Of a DNA stretch of 54,276 bases, positions 26,079-34,914 are shown piece after piece. Origin of the DNA: a virus (Duplodnaviria > Caudoviricetes); IMG/VR virus record IMGVR_UViG_3300036794_000124, positions 1-54,276 of that record. One strand, 5' to 3'. The translations under genes and the position numbers were made by a program. Below the pieces are notes generated by a model. That model ran no database searches, was not told where the DNA came from, and saw only the letters and a list, made by a program, of their open reading frames with translations. How positions within the stretch are numbered: position 1 is the first letter of the stretch; every line of letters starts with the position of its first letter.

Positions 26079-26828
26079 TTATTGGAAGAACAGGCGCCGC
26101 CAGAGCCGGGGGGTGTTGGAAATTCGCCTGAAGGGATTCACCAGCTCGTTGAGCAGCGCCGTCCGGGTTTCCCGAGAGGACAGCAGGTCGCTTCGAACCC
26201 AGACGTCGTTAGGCACTAACACCTTCCATAAGCGGTATCCACGCTCGCGCATGAACACGTGATAGACGCTCTCGAAGAGCAGATTTTCTATGATCAGCAC
26301 TTTGGGGCGGTATTTGCCGAACGATAGACCGGTGAGAACCTCGAGTTCCCATCCCTCCACGTCGACACACACGAGGTCTATTTCGTTCACTTCCGGGAAA
26401 TGCTCAGCAAGGATGGTGTCCAGCCGCCGCTGGTTCACGCGGATGATCTTTTTGTCCAGGTTACGCTTCAGCTTTGCGTAGCCCGGTTTGATGGCCAGCG
26501 ACGAAAAGCTCTCGAAGGTGACATTGCCGCCGCCGTATGGAGCCCCGTGGGAATCGACGACGGTGAACCCAACGTCATCCTTGTCCCGGTCGGAGCACGC
26601 ATATGGAAGTACCGAGATGCCCCGCGCCTCGTATTCCGCCGCGTAGGCCGGGTTGGGCTCGGTGGCGATGACGTGCCATCCCCGGGATCGAAAGAGCGCG
26701 CTGATCGACAGGAATTCCGGGTGCGCGGTCCCCACCTCGACCATCACGCCCGGCCGGTCGCCGGGAAAGAACCGGTCCATCACTAGGTGGTCGACGTTGC
26801 CCTCGGCGCTGCCGGTCCTCTCTGCCAT
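26079..26828 (-). CDS. FkbM-family SAM-dependent methyltransferase
   Basis: MVEVG...GWHVIATEPNP...IDLVCVDVEGWELEVL.G...RPKVLIIE; visibly lower GC than flanks. Confidence 0.85.
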   Translation of the reverse strand: MAERTGSAEGNVDHLVMDRFFPGDRPGVMVEVGTAHPEFLSISALFRSRGWHVIATEPNPAYAAEYEARGISVLPYACSDRDKDDVGFTVVDSHGAPYGGGNVTFESFSSLAIKPGYAKLKRNLDKKIIRVNQRRLDTILAEHFPEVNEIDLVCVDVEGWELEVLTGLSFGKYRPKVLIIENLLFESVYHVFMRERGYRLWKVLVPNDVWVRSDLLSSRETRTALLNELVNPFRRISNTPRLWRRLFFQ

Positions 26829-26870
26829 GCTGCCCTGTATCACATATGCTGGAGAAGCGGCATCGCCGGT

Positions 26871-27620
26871 TCACGGCGTCACCGATTCCGCCTCGAGGTG
26901 CGAGCCGTCGACGGAGCACGAGCCGCTGCAGCTAAACGTCGCCGTAATGCCGGCTCCGGTGTTACTCAACCGCCCGGTCTCTCCGCCGCTGGCGCCGCCG
27001 GCCCCGGGCGAGGAGCCCGGCGAGAGCACGGTGTCGGCCTCGAGGCCGGTGAGCGCGGTCACCGTGATGGAGCCCGTGGTCGAGGAGACGAACCCTGCCG
27101 TGGCCACCACGAGCGCAGAGCCGCTGACGGAAACCGAGACACCAAGGGCACCCGTGCTGCCGGACGCCGAGGTATTTGGCCCGGCAGCGATGTGCGAGGC
27201 ACACGTCCCTCCGATCGGCCCCTGAATGTCGAAAGCCGTGTTAGCGCTTGCGGATCCGAACGCCGTCTGCGTCGCGGGCTCGCTGGCCCCGGCCCATTTG
27301 CAGGCCAGCGCCATGCCGTGAATGTTCGAGACGCCGAAGGTGCGGTGATAGACCAGCGTCCATCCGGCGACGACGGCCGGATTGCTCGCCCCGCCGCCCT
27401 CCTGAGTAGCCATGTCGATTAGGAGATCGCCGTTGGCCGGACCTGCGCCGAACGGGCAACTTGCGCCCAAGGCCGCGCAGATCGGCTGCGCCTTCGTCGG
27501 ACCGCCGTAGGGCGCAGGCGCCGCACCGTAGCCGATGGAGCCGGGGAGATTGACGCCGCCCGCGTGAGCCACGAGGGGAACGACGAGAAAGGCACCGGCG
27601 AGAAGGCCGGCGCGCATCAT
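26871..27620 (-). CDS. Gly/Ser/Thr-rich beta protein with signal-peptide-like N-terminus (tail-associated region)
   Basis: MMRAGLLAGAFLVVPLVAHA; ATGA coupled to the tail fibre. Confidence 0.65.
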   Translation of the reverse strand: MMRAGLLAGAFLVVPLVAHAGGVNLPGSIGYGAAPAPYGGPTKAQPICAALGASCPFGAGPANGDLLIDMATQEGGGASNPAVVAGWTLVYHRTFGVSNIHGMALACKWAGASEPATQTAFGSASANTAFDIQGPIGGTCASHIAAGPNTSASGSTGALGVSVSVSGSALVVATAGFVSSTTGSITVTALTGLEADTVLSPGSSPGAGGASGGETGRLSNTGAGITATFSCSGSCSVDGSHLEAESVTP

Positions 27621-29530
27621 TGGCACGTCTCGACCACGATCTTGGAGGTCGTGGTCCAATTGCCCGCGTTAAGGGTGAAGTCCATCCGCGTGATCGCGGC
27701 GGTGTTCTTCCAAAACGAGCGGTTTTCCTGGAGAAACACCGTCGTGGTTCCGACGGCGCCGTTCAAAATAAGGCCGTGCGCGATGACCGCTTTGAACAGG
27801 CCGCTTCCGGCATAGTCGGCGATCACGACATCACTGTCGCCAGGGAAACTGGTGGTGGAGCTCGCGGCGGTGACGTCCATGACGTAGGCAAACGCATCGG
27901 CCAGGGTAGTCGCAGGGGAAGATACTGCGGCGTTGTTGGCGTTCACCCGTTGGTTCACATAGTTGCCGCCGCTGTCGCTGTTGAGCGTCAAGTGGAGCGG
28001 GGTCGATCCCGCCGCCGTATCGCTGCGGCCGTCGATGACCGCATGGATATATTGGAAGCCGGCCGGAATGGACGTCACCGAAATCGTGCCGCTGGCGCCC
28101 GTGCCGGCGAAGGGGCTCCCGGCGACCGGCGTGCAATTCCCCGACGGGTTCACCACGTCCCAATCGTCGGTTCCCATCATCTGGAACTTGACGCGCGAGC
28201 GGATGCCGGCGGGGATAGAGATATTGCCCGCGACCCCAGAGCCTTCCTGGGTGATCGTCGCCGGGCTCGTGGTGGTGACGGTCCAGGCTGCCGTTCCCTT
28301 GTTCACCACATCGAAGATGGTCCGGTCCGCGTAGGCGACGGTGGCGTGCTTATCGATGGTGAGAGTGTGGGCGCTCGACGAATTGAGAACGATGGTCTCG
28401 CCGTTGATCGTGCAGGGAACGGTCGTGTCGGTCGTGTAATCCGCCGGTGAGGGGGAGCCCGCGTAGCCGATGGCGTTGGTGTCGGGGCAATTCGCTGAGG
28501 TGATGTCGCCGCCGTTGGGCAGGTTGGCAGCGCCGCTGTCCTTGATCAGCTTACCGCTCGTCCCGTCGTAGAGGGCCACGTCGCCGGCGGTAGCCGAGCC
28601 GGGGCCAACGACGCAGGTCGCGCACGCGCCGATCGCCACGTTTGACACCGCCGAGGTCCGGCCTTGGGCGTCCGTTGATATCTGGGGGACGTGGGTGGCG
28701 TCGCCGTAGGTCCCCGCCGTGCCGACCGCGCACAACGCCGGCGCGCCGTCGGAGCGTAGGAAGTGGGCCGAGGAGCCGTTGACGGCGGACGAGCAGGCCG
28801 TACCGGTTGGATTCGCCCCCGTTGGGGCGGCGGCCGTGGCCGAGGCGTCGGCGTAGGCGGTTGTCGCGATCTTGGTGGAATTGTCGGCCGGGCTCTGCGT
28901 CGTGGTCGTCGGCGAACCGGGAAGGGCGAGGTTGCTCTTGACGGCCGTGGGGAACGAGCCGGTCCCGCTGCCGATGACGTCGCCGGTGAGGGTGATGGTC
29001 TGGTCGCCGGTGTTGGTCCCGCTCACCGTGGCGGCGGCGGCGACGGTCAGGTCGCCGCTCAGCGAGACGGCGCGGGCGGCGTTGTTGAGGGTGAGAGTGA
29101 GGGTGCGGTTGGCGCTCGCCGTAGCGTCGCCGTTGATGATCGAGTCCCACCAGCCGGCCGTGCTGTTCCAGAGCCTAAGCGAGTGCGCGAGGAACTCAGG
29201 GCCGACGGCGGAGAAGGTCGTCCCGGTGAAAAGCTGGCTCTGCACCCACTCGGTGGTGGCGATCTCGGTGGTGTTGTCGAGATTGCTGGCCGGGTTGGGG
29301 GCCGTGGGGACGCCGGTGAGGGCGACGCTGGGCTTGATCGTCGTGACCAGGGAGCCGGACGTCGTCACGTCGCCCGTCTGGTCCCCCGTCGTGACGCTCT
29401 GCGGGCCGCTGGCCTTGACGATCGCGCCGGTGACCGGCGAGCCGGTGACGTAGGCCGGCTGGGGCGGCGCGGCGATCGCAGCGGCCACCAGGCCGCCCCA
29501 CAGGGTGAGGGGGGCGAGAAGACGCCTCAT
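27617..29530 (-). CDS. Tail fibre / receptor-binding protein
   Basis: PTAP...DNTTEIATTEWV and PT..Q...DNSTKIATTAY fibre repeats, TYG....PQI.TDAQGR motif; ATGA coupling at 29527-29530. Confidence 0.75.
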   Translation of the reverse strand: MRRLLAPLTLWGGLVAAAIAAPPQPAYVTGSPVTGAIVKASGPQSVTTGDQTGDVTTSGSLVTTIKPSVALTGVPTAPNPASNLDNTTEIATTEWVQSQLFTGTTFSAVGPEFLAHSLRLWNSTAGWWDSIINGDATASANRTLTLTLNNAARAVSLSGDLTVAAAATVSGTNTGDQTITLTGDVIGSGTGSFPTAVKSNLALPGSPTTTTQSPADNSTKIATTAYADASATAAAPTGANPTGTACSSAVNGSSAHFLRSDGAPALCAVGTAGTYGDATHVPQISTDAQGRTSAVSNVAIGACATCVVGPGSATAGDVALYDGTSGKLIKDSGAANLPNGGDITSANCPDTNAIGYAGSPSPADYTTDTTVPCTINGETIVLNSSSAHTLTIDKHATVAYADRTIFDVVNKGTAAWTVTTTSPATITQEGSGVAGNISIPAGIRSRVKFQMMGTDDWDVVNPSGNCTPVAGSPFAGTGASGTISVTSIPAGFQYIHAVIDGRSDTAAGSTPLHLTLNSDSGGNYVNQRVNANNAAVSSPATTLADAFAYVMDVTAASSTTSFPGDSDVVIADYAGSGLFKAVIAHGLILNGAVGTTTVFLQENRSFWKNTAAITRMDFTLNAGNWTTTSKIVVETCQ

Positions 29531-32151
29531 TGCAGCAGCCATTGTGTCCCGTCCCAGATGAGGCGCGCGTGGCCGAAGTTGATCTCGATGAAGCTGGCGA
29601 GGGTCGCCGAGCCGGCGATCGTGTTGCCGTTGCCGTCGAAGCTGATCGGGTTGGCCCCGGCGTGGCCGGTGGAGTCCCACACCTCGACGACCTCGTCGGC
29701 CGCCGGCGTGGCGTTGAGGGTGACCGTGTAGGCCCCGCCGACCGTGTCGAGGTAATAGGTGTTGTGGGCGCTGTCGGTCGTGAAGCTGGCGCTCTTGACG
29801 GCCGAGACGATCCCGCCGCCCCCGCCGCTGGCGGAGCCGGCCGTGGCGTTGGCCCCGGCCGAGGGCGAGGACGCTCCCACCAGGTTCCGGGCCTTCAGGA
29901 AATAGGTGTAGGCCGCGCCGGCGGTGAGGCCGTTGTCGGTCCAGCCGAGGCCGGTGACCGTCTGGACGAGGCTCGCCGAGCCGAACGACGCGCCCGACCC
30001 GGCCGCGCGCCAGACTTCATAGGCGGAGACGTTGTCCGTGGCGGGGTTGGCCGACCAGGAGAGCCCGACGGCCTCGGGATTGATCGTCGAGGTCGTCGGC
30101 GCGGCCGGCGTCGTGGGAACCCCGCCCGAGCCGCCGCCGTAGCCGATCCCGGCGGGGGTGTAGGTGTAGACCGTGCAGGTCGAGAGGTCCTCGAGGGCGT
30201 TGCCGAAGACGTTCATCGACTGGAGCTTGATCTTCAGCGCCACCCCGACATAGGCCGGCGGCAAGGGGAAGATGAAGGCCGCGGCGTCGAGGCGGCCGTA
30301 GAGCGCCCCGCTGGAGTGGCTCCCGGCCGTGGTGCCGAAGAGGCCGCGATAGAGGTTGGTGAGGGCGTAGGCGTGGCCGGCCGTCACCGTCGCCGTCTCG
30401 GGACCGATCAGCTCGTACGACGTCGAGCACACCCCGTCCTGGACGATGCCGAGGGTGACGCCGGCGGCGGCGTCGGTGGCCGTGGAGGCGCTGACGAGGA
30501 CGCCGGCCGATTCGGTGAGGTCGACGGCCAGGGTGTGGCCGGTGTCCGGGTTCGTCCCGCCGTAGCTGGCCAGCGACGCGGTGAGGACGCCCTGGTTGGC
30601 GGGCGCCTCCATGGTGCCGATCGGCCCGTAGGTCGTGCCCCCGTCCGTGGAGGCGTTGACGATGTAGCCGCCCCAGCCCGGGTTGTTGACGCCGGCCGCG
30701 CCGCCGCTGGCCAGGATGACCAGGAGCGGCGTCGTCGAGCCCTTGTTGAGCCAGGCGGCGGCGGCGCTGTTGGGCTCGAAGATGATCGGATCGTTCACCG
30801 GGCCCGGGTCGACGAGGGCGTTGTTGTAGGCCCGGATGCCGCCCTGGGTGGTCGCCCCGCTGGGCGAGCCGGTCGTCCCCGGGAACTCCTCGAGGGTGAA
30901 GGCGAAGGAGCCGTCGTCCTGCTCCTCCATGATGCGGATGCGGGTCGGCGCGGCGGCGAGACCAAGCGCGGCCTCGGTGAACTCGCCGCAGTCCATGGGC
31001 TCGAGCAGGGACCATTCGGGGCCGGCCTTCACCTGGTGGGTCTCCAGGATGTTGGTCATCCGCTGGCCGATCAGGCTGACGACCTGGAAGCCCATGGCCG
31101 TCTCGCAGATCTCATGGGCCTGGACCGTGGAAGCGTAGCGGCGGCCGATCAGTTCGTTCTCGGACTGGCCGATCCAGTCGATGGGGACGGTGTTGTAGGA
31201 ATTGGCCCGGTCGCGGCATTCCAGGGCCACGGCGTTGGAGGCGTCGAACCAGTCGGCGATGGCGCACTCGTCGGGATCGGCGTCGCCGGCCTGGATCACC
31301 TCGGCGTCGCCGAAGCTGAAGACGCTGGCCGTCGGCGGCAGGTAGGTGACGCCGTTGGCCGTGACGGTGGCGTCGCCGAACGGAACCCACTTGAGGCTGA
31401 AGCCCGTCCACACCGGGGCGGTGTTGGTCAGCTGGCACCAGCGGGCCAGCACATCGAGGGCGATCTCCTGGTTCTGCATGAACGGGGAAATCCCCCAGCC
31501 CATGGCGCGGCAATAGGTCTGGTAGGCGGAATCGCCCGCCCCGGTCGCCGCGCCCGAGGAGAGGAGGCTGTCGGTGTCGATCCACTCGGCCGGGAAGAGG
31601 GCGCCGTATTCCGGATTGGTCAGGAAGTCCTGGGCCACCAGGGCGCAGTCGGCGTCGCCGCCGCCGGTGTAGCCGGTGTTGTAGAGCGGAGCCTCGACCT
31701 CGAAGGACTGCTGCGGGATCGTCTCGCTCTCGCCGAGGTCGTAGTTGGCGGCGGCGACGTAGGCGATCCCCTGGTAGCCGAAGGCGTCGTTGGGGTGGTT
31801 CGTGGTCAGGTAGGACCACGGCGCCTGGGGGATCGTGCCGGTGAAGAGGACGAAGCCCTTGGCGCTGAAGCCGGCGATGACGCCGTTGTTGACCCAGGTC
31901 TGGGTGATGGAGGTGATCGGCCCCTCGCAGATGGCGAGGATGATGGTCGCGGTGTAGTCGTAGACGTTGACCTTGCCGCCCTTGCCGCCCTTCTGGCTGT
32001 GCTTATGGACGGTGAAGTCGGTGTAGTAGATGAGGTTCGGCGAGCCGCGCGACTTGCCCCACGCCAGGGGCACCGGCAGGCTCATCGACGAGGTCTGGAG
32101 GTTCAGGCCCGTGTAGTCCGGCACCTGCTGCGGCTGGGCGTGGGCGCCCAT
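29527..32151 (-). CDS. Central tail/host-specificity (tip attachment) protein with FN3-like domain
   Basis: PVPLAWG, ICEGPI, AFGYQGIAYV, L.RG.FGT, WSANP...Y.VWR...WTD.GLT.G..YTY. Confidence 0.8.
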   Translation of the reverse strand: MGAHAQPQQVPDYTGLNLQTSSMSLPVPLAWGKSRGSPNLIYYTDFTVHKHSQKGGKGGKVNVYDYTATIILAICEGPITSITQTWVNNGVIAGFSAKGFVLFTGTIPQAPWSYLTTNHPNDAFGYQGIAYVAAANYDLGESETIPQQSFEVEAPLYNTGYTGGGDADCALVAQDFLTNPEYGALFPAEWIDTDSLLSSGAATGAGDSAYQTYCRAMGWGISPFMQNQEIALDVLARWCQLTNTAPVWTGFSLKWVPFGDATVTANGVTYLPPTASVFSFGDAEVIQAGDADPDECAIADWFDASNAVALECRDRANSYNTVPIDWIGQSENELIGRRYASTVQAHEICETAMGFQVVSLIGQRMTNILETHQVKAGPEWSLLEPMDCGEFTEAALGLAAAPTRIRIMEEQDDGSFAFTLEEFPGTTGSPSGATTQGGIRAYNNALVDPGPVNDPIIFEPNSAAAAWLNKGSTTPLLVILASGGAAGVNNPGWGGYIVNASTDGGTTYGPIGTMEAPANQGVLTASLASYGGTNPDTGHTLAVDLTESAGVLVSASTATDAAAGVTLGIVQDGVCSTSYELIGPETATVTAGHAYALTNLYRGLFGTTAGSHSSGALYGRLDAAAFIFPLPPAYVGVALKIKLQSMNVFGNALEDLSTCTVYTYTPAGIGYGGGSGGVPTTPAAPTTSTINPEAVGLSWSANPATDNVSAYEVWRAAGSGASFGSASLVQTVTGLGWTDNGLTAGAAYTYFLKARNLVGASSPSAGANATAGSASGGGGGIVSAVKSASFTTDSAHNTYYLDTVGGAYTVTLNATPAADEVVEVWDSTGHAGANPISFDGNGNTIAGSATLASFIEINFGHARLIWDGTQWLLQ

Positions 32152-32152
32152 C

Positions 32153-32635
32153 TCAGAGCCCCTTCAAGCGGAAGGCGCGCATCGGGCGGGGAGATCCGTC
32201 ATTGAGCAGGGTGAGCTGCGAGGGCCGGCTCGTGTCGCTCTCGTCGACCATGGCGTAGGGCGCGTAGGCGTGGACGACGCGCGGCCAGGCGGTGACGATG
32301 CCGCTGTGGCTGTAGGTGCGGCCGAACCGCCAGACGACGACGTCGCCGGGCTCCGGATCCTGGCCGGCCGGGTCGAACTCGTCGGCGAAGCGCTCGATGA
32401 ACCCGACGTAGCGCTCCTCGCCCTGGTGCATCATCCAGTCGTGCGGGTAGCGGCCGGTGGAGAACCACGCGATGACGCCGGCGGCGGCGTAGACCTCGAC
32501 CAGGATCTGGGCGCAGTCGACGGCGACGCCCTTGAGCCTGCGCCCGGCGATCTGCTCGCCCCCGCCCATGTGGCGATAGGGCGTCCCGACCCAGCTCCGC
32601 GCCTCGGCCACCACGGCCTCGCGGACGTCGCTCAA
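32153..32635 (-). CDS. NlpC/P60 tail-tip protein
   Basis: EARSWVGTPYRH...VDCAQ...PGDVV...SHSGI...VHAY; TTG start chosen. Confidence 0.85.
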   Translation of the reverse strand: MSDVREAVVAEARSWVGTPYRHMGGGEQIAGRRLKGVAVDCAQILVEVYAAAGVIAWFSTGRYPHDWMMHQGEERYVGFIERFADEFDPAGQDPEPGDVVVWRFGRTYSHSGIVTAWPRVVHAYAPYAMVDESDTSRPSQLTLLNDGSPRPMRAFRLKGL

Positions 32636-32639
32636 GAAA

Positions 32640-32784
32640 CCCTCTCCCATAGGGAGAGGAAGGGGCCCGTCCGGGTGAGCCCGTAAGGGCGAAGGCGGAT
32701 GGGAAGGAGAGGGGTTACGGGATCGGCGGCGTAACCCCTCACCCGGACGGCTTCGCCGTCTCGACCTCTCCCTATGGGAGAGGG
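32640..32784. repeat. 145-bp MITE/REP-like palindromic element with 20-bp terminal inverted repeats
   Basis: CCCTCTCCCATAGGGAGAGG (32640-32659) is the exact reverse complement of 32765-32784; internal IRs at 32667-32679/32738-32750 and 32709-32719/32730-32740. Confidence 0.85.
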
Positions 32785-32825
32785 GTCTATGAGCGTCGAG
32801 GCGTGGTAGTCGTAGCGGGAGGCGG

Positions 32826-33809
32826 TCATACCCCGAGCTCGTTCTGCGGGGTGCGGGGGGCGGCGCGGTAGGCGCCCTGGCGGGAGAAGAAGATGCAGTC
32901 GCTCGTCGAGCCGGCGGCGAGCGGATCGGCGCGGTTGCAGCCGGGATAGGCGGCGAATTGGTCGCCGGCGAGGGGTGGCACGGTGAGGGGATACTGGAGG
33001 TAGAGGTTGGTCCCGTCGTAGGCGCGGATGGTGCGCGTCTGGTTGATCGCCGGGCCGGTCTCGAAGAAGACCTCGCCGTTGGCGAAGGGGATGGAGCCCG
33101 GCACCCCGCCGGACCAGGGGATCACCGACCGCGACGGCGAGGAGCCGACCACGCCGTGCTGCACGAAGCTCGACTTCACCGCCCCGCAGCCGTGGGTGCT
33201 GTCGCCGGAGTAGACGGTGTAGACGCAGTTCGGCTGATAGAGGTTGCGCGGCATCTGGATGTTGAGCAGCACCGTGGCCGCCTTGACCTTCAGAGACGCC
33301 TGGGTGCGCGAGAGCTTGTCGATGCTCGAGGCGTAGCCGTAGAACATCTTGGCCCCGCCGACCGGGTTGTAGTCGGCGTCGAAGAACCAGCGGTCGCGCT
33401 GGATGATCGCCCCGGTAAGGGCCCGGCTGCGGATGGCGGCCAGCAGCGGCACGCCGTCGATCAGCGACGGCGTGGGGCCGAGGTTCGGGGTCAGGGTCAG
33501 CGTCTGCTCGTCGACGGCGATCGAGGTGGTCGGATCGTTGCCGCCCCCGGACTGACCGGAGGAGAGTTTCAGTTTCAGGCCGTCGACGCCGACATCGCCG
33601 GCGATGTAGGTCGTGGTCCCCGTGCCGTCGCAGGCCGGGGCGGTGAAGTCCTGCTGGGCCGAGGTGTAGAAGAGATCGATCCCGGCCCATTGCTGGCTCT
33701 TCAGGCGGATGGTGATGGCCTCGGCGATCGGCGTCTGGAACGGCCGCGCGGCCAAGAGGGCGTCGAGATCGGCGCGCAGGAAGCCCGGCGCCAGGGTGAC
33801 CGGCCGCAC
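32826..33809 (-). CDS. DUF2163/BR0599-family tail hub protein
   Basis: MPRNLYQPNCVYTVY...CG...GD.F.AYPGC.R...C...Y.AAP.TP. Confidence 0.85.
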   Translation of the reverse strand: MRPVTLAPGFLRADLDALLAARPFQTPIAEAITIRLKSQQWAGIDLFYTSAQQDFTAPACDGTGTTTYIAGDVGVDGLKLKLSSGQSGGGNDPTTSIAVDEQTLTLTPNLGPTPSLIDGVPLLAAIRSRALTGAIIQRDRWFFDADYNPVGGAKMFYGYASSIDKLSRTQASLKVKAATVLLNIQMPRNLYQPNCVYTVYSGDSTHGCGAVKSSFVQHGVVGSSPSRSVIPWSGGVPGSIPFANGEVFFETGPAINQTRTIRAYDGTNLYLQYPLTVPPLAGDQFAAYPGCNRADPLAAGSTSDCIFFSRQGAYRAAPRTPQNELGV

Positions 33810-34913
33810 CTACTGGATCTCGCTCTGGAAGGTGAGCTTCTTGAGGTCCCAGAGTTTCGACATGAACTGGTCGAACTCGTAGGTTTCCTCGGTGAAGCGG
33901 CAGACGAACCAGAAGTCGAAATCGGCGGTGATGGCGTGGCCGGCCGTGGGGGCCGAGGCGAAGACGATCTGGTTGGGCAGGCTGAGCGACCAGGCGGTCG
34001 GGCCCTGGAGCGTCCCGTTGTCGTAGACCGCGACGCCCTTGGTGAGGCTGTCGGTTCCCGAGCCAGCGCCGGTGAGGCTGATCGGCGTCGCCGCCAGGGC
34101 GTTGGCGAGGGAGGACGCCAGCTGGAAGTGGTCGGCGTCGACGGCGATCGCCCAGTAGGCGGTGTCGGCGACGAGGCCGGTGGGGAGCGCCCCGCCGGTG
34201 TTGGCGATCCACAGCGGGCCTTGGCCGGTCGTCAGGCCATGGCCGACGACGTGGATGGCGCTCGTGCCGGTGTTCACCGCCGAGGCCGGGAAGCTCGCCA
34301 GCTGCGAGAGGTCGACCTGGCCGATCGGCTCGACGAAGCCGCCGAAGTCGCGCACGAACGGGAACTGTAGGGTGGTCCCGTCGGCGATCGCCTGGGCCTC
34401 GGCCAGGGCGTGGAAGTCGTCCGGGTCCTGGTAGAGGAAGGTCTTGGCCCGCGCCTGGCATTGCAGGAAGAAGCCTTGGACGGTGCGCAGGGCAGTGTAG
34501 CCGCTGGAGCCCGGGTCGATGTCGTCGAGCACCGAGTAGTTCAGCTCGAAGTTCCACCACGGGAACTGCATGTAGGCCGTCACCGACTTGCGGCCGGACG
34601 CCGTCTTGCGCAGGGCGTCGTTGAACTGCGGCGACTTCTGGCGCTCCCAGGTGAGGCCGCGAAGGCCAGCCGTCGGGAAGACCAGTGTGGCCATGAACGG
34701 CTCCTCGGGATCGGGGGTCAGGGTCTCGACGCAGAGGAGCGCCTCGCGCAGTTTCGGCCGGCCCTCGCTCAGCGGCTCGACGGCCAGCAGGGCCTCGCGC
34801 AGCTTCGGCGCGCCCTCGCTGAGCGGCTCGGAGACGACGAGGGGGACGCGGAGCTTCGGAGAGCCCTCGCTCAGCGGCTCGCTGACGACGAGGTCGACAC
34901 GCAGGATCGCCAT
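33810..34913 (-). CDS. DUF2460-family distal tail protein with N-terminal 17-aa repeats and an inserted domain
   Basis: KSPQF......SGR....Y..FP.W.FEL.Y, F.YQDPDD, ADG.T.QF..VR, P.AG.AITADF.F...CRF; second in-frame ATG at 34694 with GAGGAG. Confidence 0.8.
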   Translation of the reverse strand: MAILRVDLVVSEPLSEGSPKLRVPLVVSEPLSEGAPKLREALLAVEPLSEGRPKLREALLCVETLTPDPEEPFMATLVFPTAGLRGLTWERQKSPQFNDALRKTASGRKSVTAYMQFPWWNFELNYSVLDDIDPGSSGYTALRTVQGFFLQCQARAKTFLYQDPDDFHALAEAQAIADGTTLQFPFVRDFGGFVEPIGQVDLSQLASFPASAVNTGTSAIHVVGHGLTTGQGPLWIANTGGALPTGLVADTAYWAIAVDADHFQLASSLANALAATPISLTGAGSGTDSLTKGVAVYDNGTLQGPTAWSLSLPNQIVFASAPTAGHAITADFDFWFVCRFTEETYEFDQFMSKLWDLKKLTFQSEIQ

Positions 34914-34914
34914 G

